Source: a virus. From it: a DNA stretch of 64,000 nt. The stretch lies in IMG/VR virus record IMGVR_UViG_3300032288_004617, positions 1 through 64,000 of that record. One strand, written 5' to 3'. Shown in pieces: positions 1 to 9,723 of this stretch. A program made the position numbers and the translations under genes. Numbering within the stretch: position 1 is the first letter of the stretch; every line of letters starts with the position of its first letter. Below the pieces are notes generated by a model. The model was given only the letters and a program-made list of their open reading frames with translations, ran no database searches and had not been told where the DNA came from.

Positions 1-1272
1 AGTTCTATTGCAAATGAAGTAAAGGAAAAAGTTTTAGTATTGCAACCTTCAATAGAGTTGTTAAAACAAAATCTTAATAAGCTTCATCTACTTGGTGGAA
101 CTGCAGATGTTTACTCTGCATCCCTAAGAAAAAAGACTATTGGTGACATAACATATGCAACATTAGGTTCGATAAAGAACTTAGGTAAAGAGTTTAAGGA
201 ATTAGGTATATCTATTGTATTAGTAGATGAATGTGATAATTCTTACTCCCCTGAACCAGACTCTATTTTTACAAAGTTTATTAAAGAACTCTCTCCAAGA
301 GCCGTTATTGGATTCACTGCTACACCATTAAGACTAAAAACAAATTCTGAAGGTAGTAGATTAAACCTTTTAACTAGGATGAGGCCAAACTATTTCAAAC
401 ATTTCATTCACATAATGCAAATCCAGGATATGATAGCAAGGGGCTATTGGACACCTATTAGATATATGCCATTTGAGTTTGACGAGAATAAGCTAGTTGT
501 AAATAAAATGGGATCAGAGTTTACCGAAGAGTCTATTATAAACTATAATAAGGTAAAGGGAATAAATAATAAAATATATTTACAAGTAAAAGAACTCCTA
601 GCATCAGGCGTATCAAATATATTAGTGTTTTGTGATTCTATTTTAACAGCAAAAAGACTAGCTGAATATGTGCCAAACTCTGCTGCAATATATGGGGATT
701 TACCAACTAAAGTTAGAACTAAAATTCTAGAAGATTTTGCAGAAGGTAAAATTGCAACATTATTCAACTATCAAGTGTTGGCTGTAGGTTACGATAATCC
801 TAAACTAGAGGCTCTTATTATGGGACGATCTACATTAAGTTTTAGTCAATACTACCAAATAATTGGACGAGGTGTTAGAATTTACCCAGGAAAAAAAGAT
901 TTTCTATTTGCTGACTACGGAGGAAATGTTCAAAGATTTGGTCCGGTGGAAAATATAAGATTTGAAGATGTGGACAACTATGGGTGGGGAATGTTTTCAG
1001 GAGAAAGGCTTTTAACTAACTGCCATCTAACAGGAGCTCCTATTTACAAGAAAGAATTAGAAGCTATAAAAGTAGAAGTGAAATATCCAACATCAGATTA
1101 TACAATTACAATTGGAAAGTATAAAGGTAGAAAGTTAAATCAAGTTGAAAGAAGTTATTTAGAATTCATGATATACGGTTCTAATTTTGATTTTAAAGTA
1201 CCTGTAATGAAAGAATTCAAACTTGTTGTTGAAAAGTACTTAGAAGAAACAAAGATGGCTACAATAGGATAA
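1..1272 (+). CDS. SF2 DExD-box helicase (RadD/UvsW-like), 5'-truncated by window; C-terminal DUF3820-like small domain
   Basis: Frame open from base 1 (SSIANEVKEKVLVLQPS). Motif II LVDECD, motif III GFTATP, VLAVGYDNP, motif VI QIIGRGVR. C-terminal ITIGKYKGRKLNQVERSYLEFM. Confidence 0.9.
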   Translation, partial: SSIANEVKEKVLVLQPSIELLKQNLNKLHLLGGTADVYSASLRKKTIGDITYATLGSIKNLGKEFKELGISIVLVDECDNSYSPEPDSIFTKFIKELSPRAVIGFTATPLRLKTNSEGSRLNLLTRMRPNYFKHFIHIMQIQDMIARGYWTPIRYMPFEFDENKLVVNKMGSEFTEESIINYNKVKGINNKIYLQVKELLASGVSNILVFCDSILTAKRLAEYVPNSAAIYGDLPTKVRTKILEDFAEGKIATLFNYQVLAVGYDNPKLEALIMGRSTLSFSQYYQIIGRGVRIYPGKKDFLFADYGGNVQRFGPVENIRFEDVDNYGWGMFSGERLLTNCHLTGAPIYKKELEAIKVEVKYPTSDYTITIGKYKGRKLNQVERSYLEFMIYGSNFDFKVPVMKEFKLVVEKYLEETKMATIG

Positions 1273-1304
1273 AAAGAAAGGGAAGTGTTTAGCTTCCCTT
1301 TTTT
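1271..1304. terminator. Bidirectional intrinsic terminator between converging helicase and late operon
   Basis: AAAGGGAAG-loop-CTTCCCTTT stem with an A-rich tract on the left and a T-tract on the right, between two convergent stop codons. Confidence 0.85.
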
Positions 1305-1308
1305 ATTT

Positions 1309-4300
1309 CTACTCCTTTTTTGAATCAGGAGATAAGTTATATAATGTTGATTGATTAAAGAATCTATAAGAGTCTAATTGTGACTGTATATCTGTTAATT
1401 GTGTACCTCTTTTTAAGATGGTGTTCTTTCTAAACTTCTTACCAATCTCTGCAAAATCTCCTGTTGCTAAGTTACCTATTATTTGTACCGGCTCCATTGC
1501 TTCCAATGTTCTAATTGGAACTACAGGGTTTTTAACTACGTCAACTAATGTACCTGAAATACCGAACACTTGTTGAGAACTGTATTCAGAAACTGTCCTA
1601 ACATATGTGTATTGCATAAAGTCTTCAAAATAGCTGTCATCGTCATCATCTGCTCCTAGAATAGCTTCTCCTAATAAAAGTAATCCAATCCAAAGAGTTG
1701 ATTCAAATACTGATCTTCTTAAGTTATTCCTTTCAAACTGTTCTAAGTCTGCTTTGATTTCTTTAATAGATCTCCCTCCTTTTAAAGATTTAATAGCATC
1801 CCCCATAAATCTGGCCAATGTAGTGAAATGTCCTTCTTCAACTCTTCCCATAGAAACATTATATCCCCTTTTCTTAAATCTTTTAGTAAGTAAGATTGGA
1901 AGCCATCCTCTGTGCATCATTAATGTATTCGTTAATACATCTCGTTGTGCTGCAACTTGATCATATTCATTGATTACACCATCTGCCATCTGTGCTAAAG
2001 ATATTGCTCTTTGGGAAATTATAACATTTAGATTATCGAATTCCTCTTCAGGATTTTCAAACTTTGATTTAAACTTATCGTTAAAACTAATTCCCTTTTT
2101 ATCTACCTTTATATTCTCATATAAACTATCCTCAGCATATTTTGCCCATTCAGACTCTACAACAACTCTGGAAATTGATTTATCACTATTTCTTCTTAAA
2201 TTTAAGAATTGATCCCAGTTAACAAATTTTCCATCAACAAATCTGTAATCATTTAATACTGCTAAAAGTGATCTTGGACCAACAGGTATGTTAGCTAGTT
2301 TAGAAGTTTTGTATGCAGAATTTAACCCCATTCGGACCGCTCTTGAGTATGCAGAATCTTTTACTTTAGAATCAAAATCTTGTAAGCCATAAAACTCTAC
2401 TAAGTGATTAAGCACTGATGTTTTATTCATCTTTCCTGACTCTGTTAAATAGTCCGGCATTAAAGATATCAATTGTGACAATGCTTTATTAGCTGAACTT
2501 TTGTGGTAATAGTCTCCAGAAACTCTATCTGATATATTATTTAAAACTCCAGTGGTAGCAGACACTGCATCAACAAATGGATTAAATGCTAAGTTTGAGA
2601 ATCTTACGAAAGATTGAATTTTATTCACAGCTCTTGTTACATCTAACTCTCTTCCTCCAACAGTGATATGCATACTTCTAGTTTGTCTAACACCGTATAA
2701 GTGGTGACCAATATATTCTTTTGCATATTTTAAGTATTCAGAAGTTTGCCCTTTAATTTCAATTTTTCTTTTTGCTAAAACTCCACCTTTTGTTTGGAAA
2801 GTTTGATTAGCAATTGCAAATTCTAAAGCCTTGAAATCACTCTCTGCTTTTTGTCTTTCCTTATACAGAATTGCTTGTTTTAAATTAAGCATTGCTGCAT
2901 GAATTGTGTTCTCTGTTGCAGAATCAGGAGCTTCTAGTTTTGTTTGGAAGTATTTTGGTAGAACTTTTACACCTAAATCAGTTAGATTCTGTCCTTCAAT
3001 TTGTTCACCATAATCCTTATCATCAACTCTATTTTTTACAATCTCCCTGAAGAAATCTTTTACATCTAACTTTTGTAAATCTTCTATTACAGTTTTTGAC
3101 AATTGAGGTCTTTGGAATGGATTTAATGATCTCTCTTCTCCATACATTTCTGAAACAGATTTATTAACACCTACCATCATTTTAAGAAATTCAAATTCCT
3201 CTTTATTTTTAGTAGCTTCTAATTCCTCAAGATTCATAGTTGGATTAGCCATCCATTTCTTCATGTTAATTCCGTACTTATCAAAGAATTCTTTGTCTGC
3301 ATACTTATTAACCTTTGGTTGAACAAACTGACCTTCAGTCATATATTGATCATTCTTGAAATCATCTTTTCCAACATCCTTTAACCAAGTGTAATCAGGA
3401 CTAATCTCAACAAATTTAGCTGCAGGATACCTTGATTCCAATGAAGCTTTATCTGTTAACAACTGAGAAGCTGGTATTGTCCCATCTTCCAATGCATTCA
3501 TAAATTCAGAATAACCAATTGGTTCAAACCTTTGGTAATAAGAAGCAACATTTTCTTTAGCATATTCATACACTAAAAGTTCTTTAATCTCTTCTCTTAC
3601 TTTTAAGTCTCCATTTCTAAAGTCTTCCAACATTTGATCTGAAATCTTACCTTCATCAATTGCTTTTTGAATTCTAGACTCGTAATAATCTGTAGTGAAT
3701 TTTGTACCACCATTTAATAGATTATTTATTGCTCTAGAGAAAGTTGTTACTTTTCCTTGTCTTGAATTAGGAACATGTTGTAAAGCAAATTGTAATCTTC
3801 TATTTGTACCAAACTCTGTTAAATCTTTTTCATAAGCATCATTTGTAACTTTAATAGAAGTTCTCTCATCTTCTGAAGCTTCAAATGGGATATCTAAATA
3901 TGACTTATTTAAATCAATTTCATTCTCTATCTCTAACAATCTTGACTTTGTTAAAGGCTCAATATTTTGAGCATTTATCTCTAGAGAATTTTTATTATTT
4001 CTGTGTTGTTTTAATATTCCTGATTTAGAGGCTTGTAATTCTTTTATTCTATCAAGAACGTTTTGATTCTGCTCTCTTAATATATCGTCTTCAATTTCAT
4101 CTACAAACTCTTGTGCAGTTTGTTCGTAAGTTTTTCCATCCTTACCTTGATTATAAAAGTCCTCATTTAAGCTGATAGATGAATTCGACTGTAGCCACTC
4201 AAAAGAATTACCTCCTGCATTCTCAATATCAGATAACTCCTTTAAGAAAGAGTCAACTGCATCTGTAGTTCTTGTTGCATCCTTCAAATCAAATTTGTAA

Positions 4301-7062
4301 GACATAGATAGATTATTCATATCATAAGCTACTCTTGATTCATCTGAAAGCATATCTGCTGTAATACCATCTTCTAATACAACAAATGTAGAATTATCGT
4401 CAGCAGGAACTGCATCTTTAAACGGTAATGAATCAAATTGTGCTTGAGTCATTTCTGATCTCTTCATAATCTTTAGTCCAGGTTTAATTGAACCATTTTG
4501 ATCGAAAGCACTTCTATGTAATTTATATCTTAAATTTATTGCGTTCTCCTCAAACTTATCTGAATCAGACATTTTAGTTCTATCAATAAATCCATCCTTT
4601 GATCTAGCATTAGCAACCACCTTACTTCTATCTCTAGAAATAATAGCCATTACCTCTTGAGTATATTCAGATACATTTGCATCTTTATATTTTTTATCTC
4701 TCTCTTCGTAATATTCTTTTGTTCTAACTTGTTCAGTCATCCCATCTCTTGCTGCTTTAAAATCATTAAGGTAATCTTTTTTACCTTGTTCTGATTGAAT
4801 AAGCTGTGCAGGTTTAACTCCATTCTTTAAGGCTCTTCTAATTGCCTCCTCTTCCCTTCCAGAATGTTTTTTAACCAATTCAATCTGAATATTTAAATAA
4901 TCTTCATCATATAATGACTGATTGATTGGAGATAAGTAATAATAAGAACTTTTATTGTTATGTTTCTTTATGATTGTTTTCTGATATCTTTGTAAATTCT
5001 TATCAGAAATTTCTTGCAATAATTTATCCCCTTCTTTCTTTAATTGGATAGTTGTATTAATACCCATTTGTACTGCCTTTTGGTGCATTAATTGTACAAA
5101 TAAGTTTTTGTTTTGAGAAGCTAATCCAAACCACTTTGCCAACATACCAATATCAGCCAGATCAGAGTCCATTCTAGACTTTAAAGCATCTTTATCTTCC
5201 TCTGTTAAAGCTGAATTAGCTAATGCCTCATCTACCAATTCATTCACTTTTTTAGAGTAATCCTGGTCAACTAAAGGTCTTAACTTTGAGTGTTGTAAAA
5301 TTGTATCATCAATACCTCTTAAGATTTGTTCTTTGATATTTTGAGAAGTCTCTGATTCTATAGGTAAGTCCTCTAGTAATTTTCTAAGATTCTCTAATGA
5401 TGGTATTGAATTCTCTGTAATAGAATTAAAAATATTGCTATCTTGTTGTGTAATAGTTGTACCATTCTTATTTGCTGTTTTAATCCCATTAGAGACCTTA
5501 TTCAACAAAGTTGATGTAATACCTTTGATTGCACTTATTGATGTTAATACATCATTCTCTTTCATGTCATCAACTATTTTTTCTAAAGCTGATGAATCAG
5601 GAGAAGCTTGTTTTAAAACTGTTCCGTATAATGCATTGATAGCTGTTCTAGCCTTTTTCAACTCTGAAACAAGTTTCTTAGACTCTTTATCTGTTAAATC
5701 GTAAAAGAAGTTCTCACTTTTAAAATCTTTATTGAATACATCTTTACCGTTTAAAACTGCATCTGCTAAAGTTTCATTTAAACTATCGATTGTTTGTTTC
5801 TCGTAAGATCCGTAATTACCTCTCAAAAAGTTAGTGAAGTTTTCCCATAAAGTTTTCAATCTATCTAAGATTGTTTTATGCTCTTCTGTTTTACCGTCTT
5901 TACTAAATTTCTCAGAAATACTTTTCGCTAAGATTTTACCTAAAACTTCTTTTCTTACTTTCTCTTCTAATTCTAATCCTTCAGAAAATTTAGAATACTT
6001 TTCTCTATATGCTTCTGAAAATTCTGTATACTCCGGAGTCAAATGAACTAATGCTAAAGCAGAGGCAATTGAGTTCTGTTCAGAATAAGATTCTATTGCG
6101 ATGTGTGCAACCTCTTCTATAAGTTCTTTAGTGATATCTTTTCCTTCTGCTATAGCCACTACTTTATTTGCCATATCCGCAATTGCCGAAATATCAGGAT
6201 CTGTGCCATAAACAGTGTTGAATCTATTTCTATACTCTTCCAATGTTGATAAAGAAAATCCCATTGAATTTAAGAAGTTATAAAGAGAATCTTTTAACGC
6301 ATCCTTTTCTTTTTCGGAAATGGTTTCTTTTTCAGGGTTCAACTCTCTATTCACTCTGTCTAAAATAGATGCAGCTGAAATCAATTCTATTTTATTTTCA
6401 AACTGACTTCCTTTTTTCAACACTTCTGAAAAATGTAACAGTCCTTCCCCATCCTTAGATAAAGTGACAACATGATCTTCGTCAAATCTTAAATCTATTA
6501 AGCCATCATAATTAGGATAGATATTTCCTTTTGCTAACTCAACTCTTGCATCAAATGCTACACCTCTTGCAGAAGCTTTTCTTGACTCCTCATATTGTCC
6601 TTTTCCTTGATAAAAAGTCTCTCCACTTGGTGTCAATACTCTTTTCGTTGATAGTAATCCTGTTTGAACTTGAGATGTAAGGAATTTTGTTTTTATAGAG
6701 CTATCTGTATTAAATGTAGCAATAGGCATAAACTCATCTGTCGCAGGATTCTTAAACCCGATTGATGTGCTACCTAATTCATCTGATAAAATAAGATCCT
6801 CTAAATCTTCATACTCAACACCTTTTGATGATTTATAAAATAATTTAGGCTCTTTTGTATCATATACATTTTTAGAGGCATCTCTAAACATCTCCTCTAC
6901 ATTATCTGAATAAGCATTTGCAAATATGTCATAAGAGTTATTAGTACTACCTAAAAAGATATTACTATGTATTGCATCAAATAGTTTTGACTTCTCTCCT
7001 GTTGGAGTTGAAACAGAAACTATATTACCATTATCATTATACGTTATTAAACAATTACTCAT
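1309..7062 (-). CDS. Giant internal/ejected virion protein C (about 1917 aa) with zincin-like segment and C-terminal hydrophobic helix
   Basis: Long ORF. Start reassigned to MSNC at 7062 because it overlaps the upstream stop (ATGAGTAA). EEVAH...EVLG motif; TLWIGLLLLGEAILGADDDDD near the C-terminus. Last of the large genes downstream of the muzzle gene, as in crAss-like phages. Confidence 0.7.
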   Translation of the reverse strand: MSNCLITYNDNGNIVSVSTPTGEKSKLFDAIHSNIFLGSTNNSYDIFANAYSDNVEEMFRDASKNVYDTKEPKLFYKSSKGVEYEDLEDLILSDELGSTSIGFKNPATDEFMPIATFNTDSSIKTKFLTSQVQTGLLSTKRVLTPSGETFYQGKGQYEESRKASARGVAFDARVELAKGNIYPNYDGLIDLRFDEDHVVTLSKDGEGLLHFSEVLKKGSQFENKIELISAASILDRVNRELNPEKETISEKEKDALKDSLYNFLNSMGFSLSTLEEYRNRFNTVYGTDPDISAIADMANKVVAIAEGKDITKELIEEVAHIAIESYSEQNSIASALALVHLTPEYTEFSEAYREKYSKFSEGLELEEKVRKEVLGKILAKSISEKFSKDGKTEEHKTILDRLKTLWENFTNFLRGNYGSYEKQTIDSLNETLADAVLNGKDVFNKDFKSENFFYDLTDKESKKLVSELKKARTAINALYGTVLKQASPDSSALEKIVDDMKENDVLTSISAIKGITSTLLNKVSNGIKTANKNGTTITQQDSNIFNSITENSIPSLENLRKLLEDLPIESETSQNIKEQILRGIDDTILQHSKLRPLVDQDYSKKVNELVDEALANSALTEEDKDALKSRMDSDLADIGMLAKWFGLASQNKNLFVQLMHQKAVQMGINTTIQLKKEGDKLLQEISDKNLQRYQKTIIKKHNNKSSYYYLSPINQSLYDEDYLNIQIELVKKHSGREEEAIRRALKNGVKPAQLIQSEQGKKDYLNDFKAARDGMTEQVRTKEYYEERDKKYKDANVSEYTQEVMAIISRDRSKVVANARSKDGFIDRTKMSDSDKFEENAINLRYKLHRSAFDQNGSIKPGLKIMKRSEMTQAQFDSLPFKDAVPADDNSTFVVLEDGITADMLSDESRVAYDMNNLSMSYKFDLKDATRTTDAVDSFLKELSDIENAGGNSFEWLQSNSSISLNEDFYNQGKDGKTYEQTAQEFVDEIEDDILREQNQNVLDRIKELQASKSGILKQHRNNKNSLEINAQNIEPLTKSRLLEIENEIDLNKSYLDIPFEASEDERTSIKVTNDAYEKDLTEFGTNRRLQFALQHVPNSRQGKVTTFSRAINNLLNGGTKFTTDYYESRIQKAIDEGKISDQMLEDFRNGDLKVREEIKELLVYEYAKENVASYYQRFEPIGYSEFMNALEDGTIPASQLLTDKASLESRYPAAKFVEISPDYTWLKDVGKDDFKNDQYMTEGQFVQPKVNKYADKEFFDKYGINMKKWMANPTMNLEELEATKNKEEFEFLKMMVGVNKSVSEMYGEERSLNPFQRPQLSKTVIEDLQKLDVKDFFREIVKNRVDDKDYGEQIEGQNLTDLGVKVLPKYFQTKLEAPDSATENTIHAAMLNLKQAILYKERQKAESDFKALEFAIANQTFQTKGGVLAKRKIEIKGQTSEYLKYAKEYIGHHLYGVRQTRSMHITVGGRELDVTRAVNKIQSFVRFSNLAFNPFVDAVSATTGVLNNISDRVSGDYYHKSSANKALSQLISLMPDYLTESGKMNKTSVLNHLVEFYGLQDFDSKVKDSAYSRAVRMGLNSAYKTSKLANIPVGPRSLLAVLNDYRFVDGKFVNWDQFLNLRRNSDKSISRVVVESEWAKYAEDSLYENIKVDKKGISFNDKFKSKFENPEEEFDNLNVIISQRAISLAQMADGVINEYDQVAAQRDVLTNTLMMHRGWLPILLTKRFKKRGYNVSMGRVEEGHFTTLARFMGDAIKSLKGGRSIKEIKADLEQFERNNLRRSVFESTLWIGLLLLGEAILGADDDDDSYFEDFMQYTYVRTVSEYSSQQVFGISGTLVDVVKNPVVPIRTLEAMEPVQIIGNLATGDFAEIGKKFRKNTILKRGTQLTDIQSQLDSYRFFNQSTLYNLSPDSKKE

Positions 7063-7456
7063 CTTTATCATTATATATTTCAAAATCTTTAAACATCTGT
7101 TCAAAAGATTTTCGGTTTTTTATTATTACTTTTTGGTCTTTTTTTGTTTGAGTTATATCAAAGCTCGTAATACTAGCAGCATCCACTCTCTCTATCCAGT
7201 AGATATTACCCTCATGAGAGACTTTTTCGTGATGCAGTATTCTGTACAAAACCTTATACAATCCTGCTTCTATAATATCCCCATCATCCATTCTCTCTTT
7301 TAACCCAATAAAAGCCTTCCCTCTTATCTTGAAGATTGGTAGAGTTATCTTATTAATAACCATCTTAACTGAAGAAAGGGCCTCTAAGTTATTAAATGAC
7401 TTATCTACCCCTCCTCGTCTACTGGCCTTAAATACTATTTTATTTCCTTCTGACAT
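7055..7456 (-). CDS. Hypothetical protein (133 aa)
   Basis: ORF with its own upstream promoter and a stop overlapping the next ATG. Confidence 0.7.
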   Translation of the reverse strand: MSEGNKIVFKASRRGGVDKSFNNLEALSSVKMVINKITLPIFKIRGKAFIGLKERMDDGDIIEAGLYKVLYRILHHEKVSHEGNIYWIERVDAASITSFDITQTKKDQKVIIKNRKSFEQMFKDFEIYNDKDE

Positions 7457-7460
7457 GTTG

Positions 7461-7491
7461 CAAAAATAATAATAAAAAAGTTAATACCAAA
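7461..7491 (-). promoter_or_regulatory. Bacteroidota-type promoter (-33/-7), probably leaderless transcript
   Basis: Minus strand TTTG-N19-TATTTTTG, then CAAC-ATG. Confidence 0.7.
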
Positions 7492-7512
7492 AAATAAAAA
7501 AGATTTTCAATA

Positions 7513-9711
7513 CTATTTACAAGAATTAATTTTATCTTCTATGTTATCTTTATTTGAATAATTCTTAATGATGTTTAGATCTGAATAAATACTACCTTCA
7601 ATATTTAACCTTAAGTTATTTAAGTTGTCTTCAGTTGCCTCTACTGATATGCTACCCATTTCACCAAATAAAAGTTCTTTTTGGGAAGCTAATCCTGATT
7701 TTATGATAGCATCTTCTACTTCAGATGAATTAAAAATAGCAGTGGCAGGTAAAGTATTATATATATCTCCATTATGTTCAACCTTAACAAAAGCAGAAGC
7801 ATCTGATCTATCCATAACTCTTCTGTAAAGATTTTCTCCTAACCTAACGTAATTTTCAAAAGTCTTTTTTGTAATTACAATATTGTTATCCAATACATAT
7901 CTAGAAGTATAAGGTCTTAAATATTTTGGATTATTTACAATGATTTGATCTTCAGGAGTAATTTCAAAACTATCATCTAAAAGATGATCCATTTCATTAT
8001 CTCTTCTCAATGATATATAGTCCTTTAATTGATCCTCCATTTTAATGCCTTCAATAGAATCAACCCTTCCAACTAAGTTTATATCTGTATCAGAAATAGT
8101 GAATTTTGACAACACCTTTCTATAAACAGCAGAGTTTTTTAATTTTTCCTTTAAAGTGTAATTGTAAAAATCACTAACAAATTTTGATTTTAAGTATTCA
8201 AAGGAAGTTTTAATTCTACTAAGATTTTTCACTTTACTTTTAGCAAGTGGCTTATGTCCCCAAACAAGTTGACTCAAAGCAATCTCTTCTTGATATTTTT
8301 CTGAATAAATACCTGTATCTCTTGACATTACATATCTAGATAACTCTTTTAAGACCTCAATCTTATTTACAGGATCCTTAACATCTAATGTAGTTGGGAT
8401 AACCATATCCCCATCATACACCTTTTGGTATAAATACTCATAAAGACTGTCTCTTTGTCCTTCTTTAACTTTATGGTATAAATTATCTCCTATTTTTAAT
8501 AAAGAAAACCTATCGTACATAGTAGCTGGATCTAAAGGAGCTTCAACTCTAACTATACTTAAGTTCTTAAAGTTTGATCCTAATCTCAATACCTGCCCTT
8601 GTTTTTTAGTTGGTATTAGAATATCTTTTTGCTTAGAGAAATCTTCTATAGTTTGTTTATTAATATTAGCTAACATCCTTTCTGTAGCCCCTAACAAGTC
8701 TAATATATCAGCCTTTCTTCCAGGTTGGTTTGATAAACCTATTACATCAATATTAATATCAGCCAATTCACTTTCTATCTCCGATAAAACTTTAGTAACT
8801 AGTTTTGGATTATTTTTCCAAACCTCGTCAGAAATACCTTGAATAAAGTCAATATCAGCTTTTATAGCAACTGTGTCTAATCCATCTAACACCGTATTCT
8901 TTACAGTGGTATACGTAGAAAGATTATTTTTAGATATTACATTTCCCTCAATTGTAAATATAGGAACTCTCTTAAATTCATTTAATTGTGAATTCAATTT
9001 ACTTCTGAAACTCTTATTTGAATTATATTTATCAACAAAATCACTATAAGGTAGAGAGTTAACAGCCTCTTCTATAGATCTGTCATTTGAAAAGTCTTCT
9101 ACATTTTCTATAAGTTCTTCAATGATGTCAGATTCTGATACTCTTTCACTACTTCCTAATATTGTCTTAAAGCTAGAATTTATATGAGCTGCAGTCTTAC
9201 TTTCCGTAGGCTCTATTATAATATCTCCTTCAGATAATTCCCCTTCAATTCTTTCTAGTAGCTCTCTAATAGATTCTATATTTAAAGTCTCCAAGTCCTC
9301 ACTTGTATATAATCCAGATCGTATAGCTTCTTTTTCGTTAAGACCTAATATACCTTCCGATTTAAATATTCTAGTAAGCTTTGAATTAAGCTTTGATAGA
9401 CTAGAGATTGAGTGTGAATCCATTAAGTCTGTTAAAGACTTTTTATCTGCTCTTGATAATCTTTTACCTAAAGATGCATGAGTATCTAAAAACTTAAGAA
9501 CATCGTCTAGAGATGCCTCATCTTTATCATTCCTTGCATATTCATTTAAGAAATCATTTTCGTAAGCAGTCTTCCAAATATTAACTGCCTCTGACTCATT
9601 TCCCTCAGTCAAGATGAGAGCATCATTATATAATTGAGATGGAGTACCATCAGCATTAACTACTGAGATACTTCCATCAACTCTTGTTCTTAATCTACAA
9701 CTTAAACTCAT
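7513..9711 (-). CDS. Large internal virion protein B (732 aa)
   Basis: ORF between two giant genes. N-terminus resembles that of protein C. Cys only at residues 5 and 731. Confidence 0.65.
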   Translation of the reverse strand: MSLSCRLRTRVDGSISVVNADGTPSQLYNDALILTEGNESEAVNIWKTAYENDFLNEYARNDKDEASLDDVLKFLDTHASLGKRLSRADKKSLTDLMDSHSISSLSKLNSKLTRIFKSEGILGLNEKEAIRSGLYTSEDLETLNIESIRELLERIEGELSEGDIIIEPTESKTAAHINSSFKTILGSSERVSESDIIEELIENVEDFSNDRSIEEAVNSLPYSDFVDKYNSNKSFRSKLNSQLNEFKRVPIFTIEGNVISKNNLSTYTTVKNTVLDGLDTVAIKADIDFIQGISDEVWKNNPKLVTKVLSEIESELADINIDVIGLSNQPGRKADILDLLGATERMLANINKQTIEDFSKQKDILIPTKKQGQVLRLGSNFKNLSIVRVEAPLDPATMYDRFSLLKIGDNLYHKVKEGQRDSLYEYLYQKVYDGDMVIPTTLDVKDPVNKIEVLKELSRYVMSRDTGIYSEKYQEEIALSQLVWGHKPLAKSKVKNLSRIKTSFEYLKSKFVSDFYNYTLKEKLKNSAVYRKVLSKFTISDTDINLVGRVDSIEGIKMEDQLKDYISLRRDNEMDHLLDDSFEITPEDQIIVNNPKYLRPYTSRYVLDNNIVITKKTFENYVRLGENLYRRVMDRSDASAFVKVEHNGDIYNTLPATAIFNSSEVEDAIIKSGLASQKELLFGEMGSISVEATEDNLNNLRLNIEGSIYSDLNIIKNYSNKDNIEDKINSCK

Positions 9712-9723
9712 TGTTTATTTATT

